A stretch of 64,000 nt of DNA from Diplonema japonicum. Taxonomy: Eukaryota > Protista > Euglenozoa: Diplonemea. The DNA lies in assembly GCA_964019335.1 (NCBI GenBank), contig OZ025723.1, positions 1-64,000 on the forward strand, read 5' to 3'. The position numbers were made by a program, and so were the translations under genes. Shown here piece after piece: positions 8,577 to 21,351 of the stretch (position 1 is its first letter; the number at the start of each line of letters is the position of its first letter). The notes under the pieces are model-generated. The model was not told where the DNA came from, made no database searches, and worked only from the letters and a program-made list of their open reading frames with translations.

Positions 8577-9455
8577 ATGAATCTTGTTGTGTTCCAGCAT
8601 GGAAGTCATGGGGCGTTTGGGGATTTCAGCACTGTAATTAAAGAGCTAACAGCAAGAAGGAAAGACATGGTTGTGTGGGGTAGTGATACATGTAAAGGGT
8701 TAGGAACCGATAAGGGTGTTGGTCCTGTGGCAGACATTATTGCAAAAGAGTTAGATGATTACCTTCTACCACTTCTTAATGACACTCGAGTGCAGGTCTG
8801 CTTTGTTGGCCACTCTATGGGAGGACTTGTTATCAGATCCTTAGTTACAAAAGCAGCTTGTTTTGCACATAAACATTTTGAGCCGGTGTTATACATCTCT
8901 ATTGCAACACCTCACTTGGGGATTAGACAGATAGGTAGCTTTATTCTGGCAATGGCATACATCATAGGTAAGGTATACTGTCAAACATACTTGGACTTGG
9001 CACAGGAGAGTGAGACTTTAAGCACTTTGTGTAACGATACTCACATTACAGCACTGCGAAAGTTCAAGAAGCTAGTCACTGTTGCCAATCTTCACGACCA
9101 CTTAGTCAGCTTTGGGACATCAGCACTGCTAACTAAGAGCTGTGACCCTGGTCTCCAACAAGACCCAACCTGTGGGAAGCTGCGATGTCCAGTGAGGTTG
9201 ATGCCTGCCACCGTCCCTGCTGATGAGCAAATCAGAGCATCCTTTTCGAGGTATACCGACTTCGGGAATTATCGTGCAAACAGGGTGGTGCAGCAATTCA
9301 AAACCCTGCGCAGTCTGGAGTGGGAGATGGTGGCTGTTGACCTGTTTTGTAGGGGGAATGCTGCACACTCAGACATCATCGCGAAGGGAAACTCTGCCCA
9401 TGGTGAATTCAGTGCATCTCGTCTTTCCAAGATAATAGATGAATCTTTTGAATGA
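8577..9455 (+). CDS. DUF676 / putative serine esterase-lipase (alpha/beta hydrolase)
   Basis: VVFQHGSHG, GHSMGG nucleophile elbow, ATPHLG, D-x-LV and a C-terminal His (AHSDII). An in-frame upstream ATG exists at 8541. Confidence 0.85.
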   Translation: MNLVVFQHGSHGAFGDFSTVIKELTARRKDMVVWGSDTCKGLGTDKGVGPVADIIAKELDDYLLPLLNDTRVQVCFVGHSMGGLVIRSLVTKAACFAHKHFEPVLYISIATPHLGIRQIGSFILAMAYIIGKVYCQTYLDLAQESETLSTLCNDTHITALRKFKKLVTVANLHDHLVSFGTSALLTKSCDPGLQQDPTCGKLRCPVRLMPATVPADEQIRASFSRYTDFGNYRANRVVQQFKTLRSLEWEMVAVDLFCRGNAAHSDIIAKGNSAHGEFSASRLSKIIDESFE

Positions 9456-9714
9456 TACAGTCCTTGCTCACCTGGGTGTACACCTAAGCCCAGGCAAGAG
9501 CTATGAAGTTTGCTCTCTTTGTGAAACCTGATGGCATCTAATATCTATGATGACACCTTCACGGACAGGTAGCGTTTCAGAGAGAAAAAGAAAGAAAAAT
9601 AGAAATTGAAAAAAAAAAAGCACCAATCAAAGTAAAAACATGAATTAAGTGTCTGTTCCTGATACTTCTTTATTCAGTTCCACTTGCATTGCTAATGCTT
9701 CTACAGGCGAAATT

Positions 9715-11068
9715 ATGAGTTTGGCTGAGGAACTGAAGAAATTAGCAGACCTGAAGGTAGCAGGGCTGCTAACCGAAGAGGAGTTCAAGGAAGCCAAAGG
9801 TAAGGTATTGACAGAGGGTGCCCATGGCGTCCCTCAGCCAGAAGTTCAAGCAACACCCAAGAAGCTGACACCAGATGTCACAAAACTACTGCATACAATA
9901 GACGACAGTATGGATGTTGAGAACGCTGTTGACATGTTAGGCATGTTGGTGGGGAACATCCTGAGTGCCCCGGACAACGTGAAGTACAGATCTATCAAGA
10001 CAACAAACGCGAAGTTGGCAGCTTCAGTGTTCAAAGTGCAAGGTTCTAAGGAGTTCCTTGAGAGTATCGGATTTGAAAAAGTGAGGGAGACTGTTTACAT
10101 GATGGGTATGCCCGACATAGAGATTCTGAAGGAAGCAAGAGAGCAACTGAGCAGAGTGAAATTCTTCAGGGAAATGAGAGACAGGGACCAGATGCGAAAG
10201 AAAATTGCCAACGAGATAAGGCATGAGAAGAGGCAGGGACACGTGCACAACGGCACCATTATACAATACTGCAGAGACGAGCTTTTAGGGAACGAGTCAA
10301 CAACATCGATATCATGGCTGAAGAAAATCCTTTGCAAGGTAATTGCATCTGATGACCCGGCCTTCAGACGAGTGAATGTAACGCCTGCGTTCTATGAAGA
10401 ATGCTGGGCACTTCCCGGAACACAAGAATTGTTGCTTGACATCGCTCGATGGGAAGTATCGGACGACTGCCAGGTGCTGCAGCTCCCACTAAACTCTTTC
10501 GCCGAGCAGCAGCATGAGGCAATTAAGTTCCTTGAAGGCATTGAAGTTGAGTGGCAGCAAAGGGCCATGCGAGAGGAAGAAGCGAAGCGTGAAAATGCAC
10601 GTGCAGAGCTCAAAGCTGTGTTTGATGCACGGAGGAGACAGACACAAAAGTCTACGGCTTCCGTTCACCACAACCCAACAGGAAAAAAAGTATGACAAAG
10701 CCACAACCGCAGGAGTATCACAGATCCCCATCTCCGAGGCGCTTAAGTACCTCACGGGCAATGCCCTGTCAGAGCCGGTCTCATCCGAGTCGGCAACACA
10801 AACACAAGCCAACCGAGAAGAAGATGCCACCGCCACCAGCCTCATCAATGACGTCGCTGCATTCATGGTATGCTCCCAACGATTATTTAAAATTTGGTAG
10901 GAAATAGCGCATGAAGCATCTGGTGCTGGTCAAGGCCTCCGCAACCCAGGGAGGATAGAAGCCAACAGGCTCCGACAGAAGTTCGCAGATGACCGAGACA
11001 TCGGTTACCTACACGATCTGAAGGAGGAATGGGAACGTAAAGCTAAAGAACGAAAACATGGATTGTAG
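9715..11068 (+). CDS. SHOCT plus tandem PUB-domain protein (spliced; introns ~10650/10657-10681 and 10868-10900)
   Basis: SLAEELKKLADLKVAGLLTEEEFKEAK (SHOCT); LVGNILSAPDNVKYRSIKTTN...EFLESIGF (PUB); a second PUB-like unit follows. The 3' exons are inferred and the first junction is ambiguous. Confidence 0.7.
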
Positions 11069-11158
11069 ATTTGCCTTCTACCGTTAGTTTCTCTTTTTAG
11101 TTTCTAGCCTTCCTTTAAATTGTTTGCAAATGCTAAACACTCAGCCTCAACAGGTAAG

Positions 11159-13072
11159 ATGGCGTCAGGGGCTGCTATTAATGCTGTAAAGTACAAAGTA
11201 CCCCTTTTTCAAGAGGAATCTGCGGACGCCCAGATACTAATCGACGCTAAAGCATCGTGGCAGAAATGCACGCGGCAAGAACGACGGCGGACCATCATCA
11301 AAGTACAGAACAAGGAGAAGCAAGCGATGGATCTTCGGATGTGGGTTGCTAAGAGGAAGATAGCCTGGTTGATAGGTGAAGAAGGGAGGTTGCGCACAGA
11401 GATCGTGAAGGTCTGGGAAGCGTTCGCAGAGGCCACCAAACAGCGTAGCGCTCTCATCATGTTGTTCAAAGAGCAAGAAAAAGCCAAGGAAAAGATGGGG
11501 TATCTCGCAAGGAAAGAGGCCTCGGCGTTCATCAATCTGTCGAAGTCAAATATCGACCTACAGCAGTACCAGTACACGCCGGTAACCACACATGCAGAGA
11601 GCGTGGTGCAGTGGTTTGTCTACAAGCCACCCAAGGAGTGGATAGTGGCTGCGCTGTTTAGAAGGCTCGATAGTGGTCTGCGGAAGAAGTACTTTTCGAA
11701 GTTGACAACTTTGCGATTTTTAAGGCAAAGAAGGCGAAGATTGAAACACCAGGTGGTTATGCTACTTTCCTCTAACCAGAATGTTGCACGCCAGAACGTT
11801 TATGAGAAGCTGTGTCGCTACACAAAGATGCAACGAAAGGAACGGGAGGCACACCGTGAAGTAGCACGTAGAGTACAGAGGACACATGCTATCCAAAGAT
11901 TGAAGCTTGAAGACCAGGAAGAGATCGGACGCTCTGACATCAGTTCATTCGAAGGGCAGACAACTATGGCCTTCGATTTCGAGTTTTCAAAAGGTAAGGT
12001 GTTGATTGTCGACTTCATCAAAAAAAAGGAGCGTGATGCACAGCAGCGGCGGAACATCGTGGCACGCCTTGCAAGAACACATGCACACGAGATGCTGAAC
12101 CTGCTTGTGAGGCGATACTGGGGCATTCTGAAGACGTTCCTAAATAGACGACGCAGACTCTACAAAGCAGTAAAGATGGTGCACACTGTAGTTTGTCATG
12201 CGATGAAAAAACTAGCTGCTGTGTATTGGAGAAAATTGGGGACATACACTAGAAAGCTGTTGAACGCGAAATGGAAACAAAACATGGCTGAGAGCTTCGC
12301 AACTTCAGCAAACTCCCTGAAGTTGCAGGTGTACTATGACAAGTTGAAGTGCTTCATGAAAGTCTCGCAAAAGAAACAACAAATTAAAAACATGAAAGCG
12401 AAAAGATTAGCAATGCAACGCAACCACCAACTCATGAGACACTATGTACGAAAGCTGAAAGCACACATGGAAGAAAGGAAGAAGAGGCGGATTGCATGCG
12501 TGCTGTTAGAGGACTGCGAATTGGCACTCCACCTGACATTTTATAGAAAGCTACTTGGCTACAGCAACATACAAATAAAGAAGCGAAGGAACGTGAAACT
12601 GGCAAACACGGCGCTCTTCAGCTCATGTTTGGTTCTATATAAACGATACTTCGTGAGTTTCATGAAGTACCACGCAAGGCAGAAAAAGCGTACGGAGACA
12701 GTGGCAACGCTACTGAAATCCACAGAAGAAGGGATCAAGCGCTACACTTTCTTCACTCTTAAGAAGTTATACCGCCACAGACGGGCCGCCAAGATGGCCT
12801 TGGCACTGTCGGTGTCGAGCGCTCTCCCACTTCAAGGTACTTACTTCCGAAAACTCGTGCTTTTGGCCACACGGTCCCTGAAGGCAAAGGCATCTAATAT
12901 GAGATTTGCTATTCTCCTCACAAGGCGGTACTTTAAGAAATGGAAGAAAACCAAACCTTCGATAGCAGCGGCTTCAATACGATACTTGAACGCCTTCAAA
13001 GCCGAGTTCCTCCTCGCCCGCACGCACCGCACTGTGCTGCGTTGCTACTTCGACAAATTCTGCTCTAGTTAG
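11159..13072 (+). CDS. Basic helical repeat protein, Sfi1-like
   Basis: Long ORF with ATG just after CAACAG. L-x-R-x-Y-[FYW]-x-K-L repeats at ~32-37 aa spacing. Confidence 0.7.
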   Translation: MASGAAINAVKYKVPLFQEESADAQILIDAKASWQKCTRQERRRTIIKVQNKEKQAMDLRMWVAKRKIAWLIGEEGRLRTEIVKVWEAFAEATKQRSALIMLFKEQEKAKEKMGYLARKEASAFINLSKSNIDLQQYQYTPVTTHAESVVQWFVYKPPKEWIVAALFRRLDSGLRKKYFSKLTTLRFLRQRRRRLKHQVVMLLSSNQNVARQNVYEKLCRYTKMQRKEREAHREVARRVQRTHAIQRLKLEDQEEIGRSDISSFEGQTTMAFDFEFSKGKVLIVDFIKKKERDAQQRRNIVARLARTHAHEMLNLLVRRYWGILKTFLNRRRRLYKAVKMVHTVVCHAMKKLAAVYWRKLGTYTRKLLNAKWKQNMAESFATSANSLKLQVYYDKLKCFMKVSQKKQQIKNMKAKRLAMQRNHQLMRHYVRKLKAHMEERKKRRIACVLLEDCELALHLTFYRKLLGYSNIQIKKRRNVKLANTALFSSCLVLYKRYFVSFMKYHARQKKRTETVATLLKSTEEGIKRYTFFTLKKLYRHRRAAKMALALSVSSALPLQGTYFRKLVLLATRSLKAKASNMRFAILLTRRYFKKWKKTKPSIAAASIRYLNAFKAEFLLARTHRTVLRCYFDKFCSS

Positions 13073-13152
13073 CTTGTGCTTTGCACTTCTTTTTCAAGTT
13101 GTGCTTTTCTTATTGTTTCATTTTGTAACACCTGCCCTAGCACTTCAGACTG

Positions 13153-15708
13153 ATGCATGACGATGTGTCGTGGGAGGTAGCTGCTGTTACCAGGAAGCGA
13201 AGTGTAGACATCCAAGACGTACCTGTCCTTGAGTACGAACACAGCAAAAGTGGGCTTGTGTTTAATGAGAGTTATTACAAGAGAAGGGACAGCGGCTTTA
13301 AAGACGACAAGGAAAAGAACGTCCCACCTGATCTTACACACACCAGCTCCTTAATACCGAGGAGCAAGAGGCTTTCGATTTTAGCCTTGCGCGGCTGGAA
13401 GGACCTACATGAGAACAACGGTATAGTGCCTGGAGAGTGCTACAAAAGAGCACCAGGTTTGGACCCGAAGGTCTTCCGACCTGTCAAGAACCCTTGCCGT
13501 CGGGTACTGCCGTTGCCTCTTAGGAAAAGGCCAATTGAAGGAACAGAAAAAAAAGAAGCATTTCATACATGGTACTTAAGGGAGAAACGCAAAGCGCAGG
13601 CTACAGTGGAGCAAGGTATTGACTACTACCCGAGAGATGTTGTCGATGAGGAAAGCGAAGAAAGAATCATACTGCTGAAGATAGCAGAGAAATTTACGAT
13701 ATTTAGCAACATGGCTTTCTGCGGGAAATGCCCTGTGAGGGGCGCAAGGATCATGTTGGTCATGCCTTTCCTGGCTGAGAACCTAAAAGACCTAAATCTT
13801 AGTACAATAGCACTTATCGCGACGAAGAACTGGGTGCGGGATGTTGCCACTGCCGTGACTTTTGTTAACGGCAAAGGCATCTTGTACTTGAGCAATATTA
13901 TGTGGCTGTACCAAAAGACTCCAGTTGTTGTCAAGCTGGTAACTGAGATAAGCTGCACTCTCCTCCGCTATCCGCAAACACATGTGCAAGTGTCCAAGTC
14001 CCAAATATTGCCTCTGATACAAAACACTTTTAATACCTACCCCGGCTGCGTTGATGTTCTGGCCCTGACTGTGAAATGCTTCCACACCATAGTGAGTCAC
14101 ACCCCTACTACAGAAGCCGTCATCAATATCTGTATGATGAACACGGGGTTGCCTGCTGTGATTAGAACTCTTTTGCGGTTCCAGTCAAATGAGAGATACG
14201 TGAAGCACTCGTTGATCTTTATCAAGAAGGTTGCTTCCTACCCTTGCTCGCACCGGATACTGCTGGAGGGCAACGGCCTGAGGATCGCAACAGGCACCTC
14301 AAGGTTTTATCCCAACCCGTCCTTCAAGAGATTCATGGGTTCTGCCATTTACAGCCTAAGCAAGCATCGGAAACTACGGAACACTCTTTGTGATCATGGT
14401 TTTATTGGGTACCTCCTTGAGTGCATCTTGGAAGATAACAAGCCATTCGCCGCTCAAGTGGACGCTCTGTACAACCTTGTTTCGAATCCACTGGACAGGA
14501 GCGCCATGGCGTGCCCGCTCGCCTTGCCCCCCGTTCTTGGAGCATTGTTACAACAGCCAGACACAGCATCACTCGTTAATGTTGCTAAAATAGAAGCATG
14601 CCTGAAGCGCACACTAACTGCCCAGCCTCTCCTCACCACCCATGCAGCAAGCCTTCGGCTGCATCCCATCCTTTACACAATGTTCCGCCCACCTGAGGAC
14701 ATATATCTTCACCGCCAGCTCTCCGCGACTGGGCACGAAAGACTCTACACGGCGACATACAGATGCTGCACCACACCTGTTGTGGCGACCTGTCTTTTCA
14801 TCCCAAAGGCCACCCTCTCCGCGAAGCAGCATCTAAGTGACCGCTTCTTCTCCAACCTCACAGCAAGGTTTACTTTGTACCATCCCAACATCTGCAATCT
14901 TGTAGCTTGGGCGTCTCAAGAGTGTATTCCCTTCCAAGAGAAGCGAGAAGTGAGCCCTGCTATCCACATCGTGCACTACTCATGTCTTGAAGGGGGCAAG
15001 GGGCTGCGGTGTTTGTTAGAAGACAAGCAGGATGAGATCAAAAAAGATGGCCTCGGCTTGCTGCTCGACACTATGGAAGGATGCAATGAACTCAGGGTGC
15101 TAGGGGAGTGTGGTTGGGGCGGCTTGAAGTATAAAGAGCTTTACAAGATACTAAGCGATATTCTGCTAGGTCTGAGGTACCTCGAGCGTTGTGGTGTGGG
15201 GTATAACGTCAGTATGCAAGACATCTACGAAGAAGGGGGCACGTGGAAGGTGTGGTGGGAGGGCAGAGACCCCGACCCAACTCTGAGCTCGGATGGATTT
15301 GGGAGAGTGTTAGCGGACATATTGTTTTTTGCAGCCCCTGCTGCTAGGATGGTGTTTGACAACTGTGGTGCCTGTCCGGGCGAGTTCTCGCCACTCTTGT
15401 TGAATGCACTCCTTGCACCGTCACACGGAAGGTCTTCATACACGGATGTGAGCTGCATCTCTGCCACTTCCCGCCCCTCAGTCACGCCAACACAGCTCCT
15501 TGCGACGCTGGAGGATATTGTCCGCTTGTCAGCATTCAAAACGGCTTTGCCTACTCTCACACTCGAGGCGTTGGCTCGCCACATCGTCGACTCCAGGCAC
15601 ACTTTCGCTACTATCCCTTCAGACACACTTGAAGCCTTTCTTGATCACCTTGAGAGCTGGGACGTTTGTGTCATCCCCTCTTTTGATGATTATCTGCCTA
15701 TTTTGTAA
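13153..15708 (+). CDS. ARM-like repeat protein with a C-terminal degenerate (pseudo)kinase domain
   Basis: 851-aa ORF. LYHPNICNLVAW and ILSDILLGLRYLE resemble kinase subdomains IV and VIa. No HRD or DFG motif. Confidence 0.65.
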   Translation: MHDDVSWEVAAVTRKRSVDIQDVPVLEYEHSKSGLVFNESYYKRRDSGFKDDKEKNVPPDLTHTSSLIPRSKRLSILALRGWKDLHENNGIVPGECYKRAPGLDPKVFRPVKNPCRRVLPLPLRKRPIEGTEKKEAFHTWYLREKRKAQATVEQGIDYYPRDVVDEESEERIILLKIAEKFTIFSNMAFCGKCPVRGARIMLVMPFLAENLKDLNLSTIALIATKNWVRDVATAVTFVNGKGILYLSNIMWLYQKTPVVVKLVTEISCTLLRYPQTHVQVSKSQILPLIQNTFNTYPGCVDVLALTVKCFHTIVSHTPTTEAVINICMMNTGLPAVIRTLLRFQSNERYVKHSLIFIKKVASYPCSHRILLEGNGLRIATGTSRFYPNPSFKRFMGSAIYSLSKHRKLRNTLCDHGFIGYLLECILEDNKPFAAQVDALYNLVSNPLDRSAMACPLALPPVLGALLQQPDTASLVNVAKIEACLKRTLTAQPLLTTHAASLRLHPILYTMFRPPEDIYLHRQLSATGHERLYTATYRCCTTPVVATCLFIPKATLSAKQHLSDRFFSNLTARFTLYHPNICNLVAWASQECIPFQEKREVSPAIHIVHYSCLEGGKGLRCLLEDKQDEIKKDGLGLLLDTMEGCNELRVLGECGWGGLKYKELYKILSDILLGLRYLERCGVGYNVSMQDIYEEGGTWKVWWEGRDPDPTLSSDGFGRVLADILFFAAPAARMVFDNCGACPGEFSPLLLNALLAPSHGRSSYTDVSCISATSRPSVTPTQLLATLEDIVRLSAFKTALPTLTLEALARHIVDSRHTFATIPSDTLEAFLDHLESWDVCVIPSFDDYLPIL

Positions 15709-15790
15709 ATATTTTGCACTACACTGATTATTCTAAGCCTTTTAATTTTAATTTACTTTTAATCAATTTAGCAAAACACCACAGTTTAAT

Positions 15791-17485
15791 ATGTTGATAG
15801 TGCTAGCACTGATACTTGCATCATGCTTCACTATCTCCGAAAGTACGAGGTGGACTCTGTACGAGTGTGAATGCCTCACTACGTGGACCGCAGATAGCTG
15901 CGAGGGGTGCAACAGTTCGGTGACTTGTACAGAAGGGTGTTGCAACCCCTCTAATGACCCTAAAGGTGCATGGTGCATGGTGAGAGACCCAGGTTGTGAA
16001 GGGGGGGACAGAGGCTATTGTTTCTCGACACCTACACCTGCACCACAAACCCTCGCACCTACTATTATTAGCCCCATACCTAAACCTATGCCTGAGCCTG
16101 ATCAGCCACAAGTCACGCGGAGTCTAACATTGGAAGCCGAGAAGGATGGTGAAACAAAAATACCGCTTGAGGAAACACTCACTGCAGCAACGGTACTTGC
16201 TGGTGTTGGGGGCAGCATGCCGCAAGCAGGGATGCTTATAAACATAGCTAATCTGTGTTATGACACAGAAGAAGTCCCAATTGCCATGTCCCCTGTGCGC
16301 TTCCCGCTTGGCGACTCCCACGTAGGTGCCATGATGGGCAATATCCTCCTCGGCGTAGGGTTGGTCCTCCTCCATGCTGTGCCGCTGTTGTGCAAGTCGG
16401 CTAGTGATCTATGGTTCCCGAAAGTCTCCTTTGCAGGTGTCATCCTCCTGTGGCCGGGAACATCTGTATTGTCATTGCGGCTGCTGGTCAGGGAAGGCAA
16501 TCTTATAGGGCTTACTGGGCTGGCGTGCACAGTCTTTGTGCAATTACTCGTCACGCTCGGCGGTGTGAAGTTAGTGAAAGAGAAGGGTGCTGCCTACAGG
16601 CGGGTAGTCATGGCAGAGCCTGCCTGGGTCAGTGCCTCAATAGGTCCCGGTGAGTGGGAGAGCACTACAGAAGACATGTATGTAGAGAAGTGGGGCATCC
16701 TGTTCCAGCGATACAACGGACTCACACACACATCGAAGATGTGGCTCACAACCGAACTAAGCTTCCTATGGTGCACGGCAGCCCTCAGCGCCATTGATTG
16801 GTCTGAGAGCGGTTGTAGAATTGCTTGTTTCATCGTAGCCGCGTTGTGTCTTTTGTACTTGACACTGCTGCTGTGGATACAGCCTTTCTCTTCTGTTCTC
16901 GACTCTCGATTCAACTGCTTCTCGTTGACCATGCAGGCTGTTGCGAGTATCTTGCGTGCAGTGAAGTCGGAACATGCGCACGACATGGTAGTGTTCGGCC
17001 TAGGCTGCTTGCTGTGCCTGAAGATCGTTCCCCAGGCACTGGGGTTTTGCTACAGGGCAGTGTTGGCTAGACAAGGCGCAGGCATGAAGCGGTGCCCGGA
17101 TGAGGAGAGTTTAAGAGAAAATGAAACCACGAGTACTCAGCCGATGCAGAACCCGACCCCCAAAGTCAAGTTCGTGCCACCTAAGGTGATTCTTCCCGAT
17201 GCCGATTCGGAAGAAGCACCCGAACAGTTCCACGGGGGTGTCTCGTTCTCGCACGCAGCGTCTGTTTTTACACCTTCCGAGCGAGAAGAAGATCTACTTG
17301 CGAGGCACTACGCTGCGCTTCGGAGAGAGAGCGCTATCAACGCACTCATGGATAATTGCTATACTCCCAACAACAAGAACATCCTTTCCCCCATCCCCGT
17401 CCCACCCACGCCCTCTTACTCAGCTACGTCGAGCTTCAGAATCTCATCACCCGCAATGCAAGATCTGGGCACGGCACTCATATAA
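15791..17485 (+). CDS. Signal peptide, Cys-rich kringle-like domain, PT linker and multi-pass TM region
   Basis: Hydrophobic N-terminus; CCNPSNDPKGAWCMV...GYC; GPGEW...KWGILFQRY motif among about 9-10 hydrophobic segments. Confidence 0.75.
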   Translation: MLIVLALILASCFTISESTRWTLYECECLTTWTADSCEGCNSSVTCTEGCCNPSNDPKGAWCMVRDPGCEGGDRGYCFSTPTPAPQTLAPTIISPIPKPMPEPDQPQVTRSLTLEAEKDGETKIPLEETLTAATVLAGVGGSMPQAGMLINIANLCYDTEEVPIAMSPVRFPLGDSHVGAMMGNILLGVGLVLLHAVPLLCKSASDLWFPKVSFAGVILLWPGTSVLSLRLLVREGNLIGLTGLACTVFVQLLVTLGGVKLVKEKGAAYRRVVMAEPAWVSASIGPGEWESTTEDMYVEKWGILFQRYNGLTHTSKMWLTTELSFLWCTAALSAIDWSESGCRIACFIVAALCLLYLTLLLWIQPFSSVLDSRFNCFSLTMQAVASILRAVKSEHAHDMVVFGLGCLLCLKIVPQALGFCYRAVLARQGAGMKRCPDEESLRENETTSTQPMQNPTPKVKFVPPKVILPDADSEEAPEQFHGGVSFSHAASVFTPSEREEDLLARHYAALRRESAINALMDNCYTPNNKNILSPIPVPPTPSYSATSSFRISSPAMQDLGTALI

Positions 17486-18223
17486 CTTGTGTTTTACTGT
17501 AATATCTACCTAATTAATTACTATACAACCTTCTAAACCTGTGCGAGAGCGCGAGATCATCCGCAACGCCAACTATTGAGATCCAGTGGACCCAGTATCC
17601 TCGACGGCAGCGGACCCAGTATCCTCGACACTGGTGTAGCTGCGATTCAACACAACAAGGAGGCTTGCCTCCAGCAAGCAATTTTCCATCCCTTTGCTCC
17701 TTAGGCACAATTGGCACCCTGCATGTCTTTCTGACTGTCGAAGTACCTTTTCCCTTTAATTCCCTGTCTGGCCTTCGTTTCCTTTTTTTTATATTTGTTC
17801 CGGTATTTTGTTTGTTACAGTAACAAGTCCTAACACTTCACTCAAAGTGACTTGCTGTTCTCCCTCTTCCTTTTTTTCCTCTGAACCCTTTCCTTCCCGC
17901 TTCTTCGTTTCTGCGCAGCTCGGGATGCTAGCTCTCCTCTCACCGGCAGAGTTTCAATCTTGGTCGCAAGGCTTCCAAAAGATTTTATGGCGTCCCGTCC
18001 ACCGACCTGAGCATCGTGCATCGCTTTCGATTGATACATTTCTTCGACTGACTTGGCACACGAAGCGCCTTCTTCACTGCTGCCGTTCTTTGCTGGACGG
18101 CAGCACCTGCGATCTTTAATATCTTTAGTTTCTTTTCATTTCTTCTTATAATATTTGCTACATGTCATTTCTTTTTCCTGTTGCAGTTCACACTTTCCCC
18201 AGGAAGGAAGAAAGGGCGCTACA

Positions 18224-19484
<1,261 letters not shown>

Positions 19485-21351
19485 GCCCCCTTTTTTTTCT
19501 TTTTTTTCCCCACCACCGCCAACCACCAGTTCGCTCCCCCTCCCCTCCCCCTTTTTTCTTTTCTTTTGTAAATAGGCATGTGCACTATACGGGGGATACA
19601 AAGGAGAGAAAAAAAAGGAGGGATGGGTCTTTCGTTTTTTTTATCTCCTGATTGGGTACTCCCCAGTACGGTATATTTACATTTTTTTAAAAAAACCTTG
19701 TTTGTGAATGTACCCCCCCTCCCCCTCCTTTTCTTTTTTTTTCATTGTACTAACGATCCCACAAGTCTAGCCATGCCCTTGGGGGGAGAAGTGCTGCTTG
19801 TCCGATCAGTGTACACCCCTCTTTGATGGAGGGTAGGGTGGGGTGCGGTGGGGAGGGGGAGGGGAGAATAACATAAATAACATAACATTATCCTGAACAG
19901 TGTTGTCTTTTCTTTTCTTTTTTTTTTTTGGCCAGTTGAAATAACTGTTTCCCGTCCCCTCCCCCCCCCTCCCTTCCCCTTATTTGTACGGTTTTCTTTT
20001 TTATTTTATTTTCCCCTACTGAATAACACATGATGTAACCTTCGTCCCTTGTGACCCAGAAACGACAGGAGGCAATGGGAGTACGAAAGAAGAAAAGAGG
20101 AACCCCCCCCCCCCCCCCCCCAGTACCCTTTCCCCTCTCCCAGAACAGATCCGTTCTTCTTTTTTTTTGAACTGGTGAAGGAAATAATGTGTGTAGCAAT
20201 TTGAAGTAAGGATATAAGTAAAAAAAAATTCAAAAAAAAGAATGCAGGGATGACAAAAAAAAAACAGGAATGAGTGACAGGATGATAATTTCATTTGTTC
20301 AAAAGCAAAAGGGGAGGGGGAAGGGCCACGAGAGGGAATGAGATAGAAACTGAAGAAGAAAACACCATATTCTGCTCCCCCCCCCCCCCCCCCCAACACC
20401 CGTACTAGTCACTGCGGGCCTGTATCTTCTGTTAGTGTAAGTATATAAAAGGAAGAGAGGAGAACAAGAAAAGGAAAGCCTCCTCCCCCCCCCCCCCCCC
20501 CCTCCCACTCCCGTCCCCCTTTTTTACTTCCATTTTTCGTTTTATTCCCAATCCCCTCTTTTTATTGTGTCTTCCCCTTTCTTTTCCCCTTTATAACTTT
20601 AGAAGAATACTTCTCTTTTTTCTTTTTCTTTGGGATGGTGAGGGTGGGGGGGGGGGGGGGGGAGTATTAATTATAAGAAAAAAAGTTTATCGTACGAAGC
20701 AGGCAGGGTCGTATGGGTTCCTGTTTTGGCATAGGTAAAAAGCAGAACTATACCATACCATACCGTACCATCATACCGGATATTTGTTTTTGTTTTTGTG
20801 AAACAAAGCCCGCCCCCCCCCCATTTTTTTAATCCTTTACTACACAAAAGGGGACCGTTTCACAGGCCCCCGAACTACTATTCACTTGCTGAGGCTTGTG
20901 CCTTTGCGCCCTTAGTAGTTACCCCGAAACAGGCTTAATCACAAGCTGACATCGTCAGCAGGAGCAGGAGGGGGGAAAAGAAGAAGTAAATTTGATAGCA
21001 TTATGGGAAATATAAAAAAAAAAAGAGAGAAAAAAAACAGGAGGGGCAGGGACAGAAGGTGGAAGAAAAATAAAATTAAAAAAAGAATTATATTCTGCAT
21101 AAAAAAGGAGGGAAAAAAGAAGAAAAGGGAGGAAACCATTATTGACACCCCCCCCCCCCCCGACACAAAAGGCCCCTCCTTCCCCATCCGCCCTTTTCAA
21201 TCCTCTCCCCCCCCCCCGTTTCTTCTTTTTGTTTAATGACTTTTAAAGATCTCGGTCCCTCCCTCTCACCATGTTATCCTCATCTCTTCTATACCTTCTT
21301 ATTTTATGTTGCCTAATATTATAACACCCCTATGCCTGACAACAGAACAAC

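Noticed and set aside
17584-17629. 22-nt direct repeat with period 24 (CAG(T/C)GGACCCAGTATCCTCGAC) upstream of PKA
   Set aside because: Only two copies, so most simply a local duplication. No evidence of function.
19485-21340. Poly-K/F/G/P ORFs and G-quadruplex-capable runs in long intergenic regions (also 28600-30480 and 55400-56700)
   Set aside because: These ORFs are homopolymer artefacts. G and C runs are ubiquitous here, so no specific regulatory claim is supportable.
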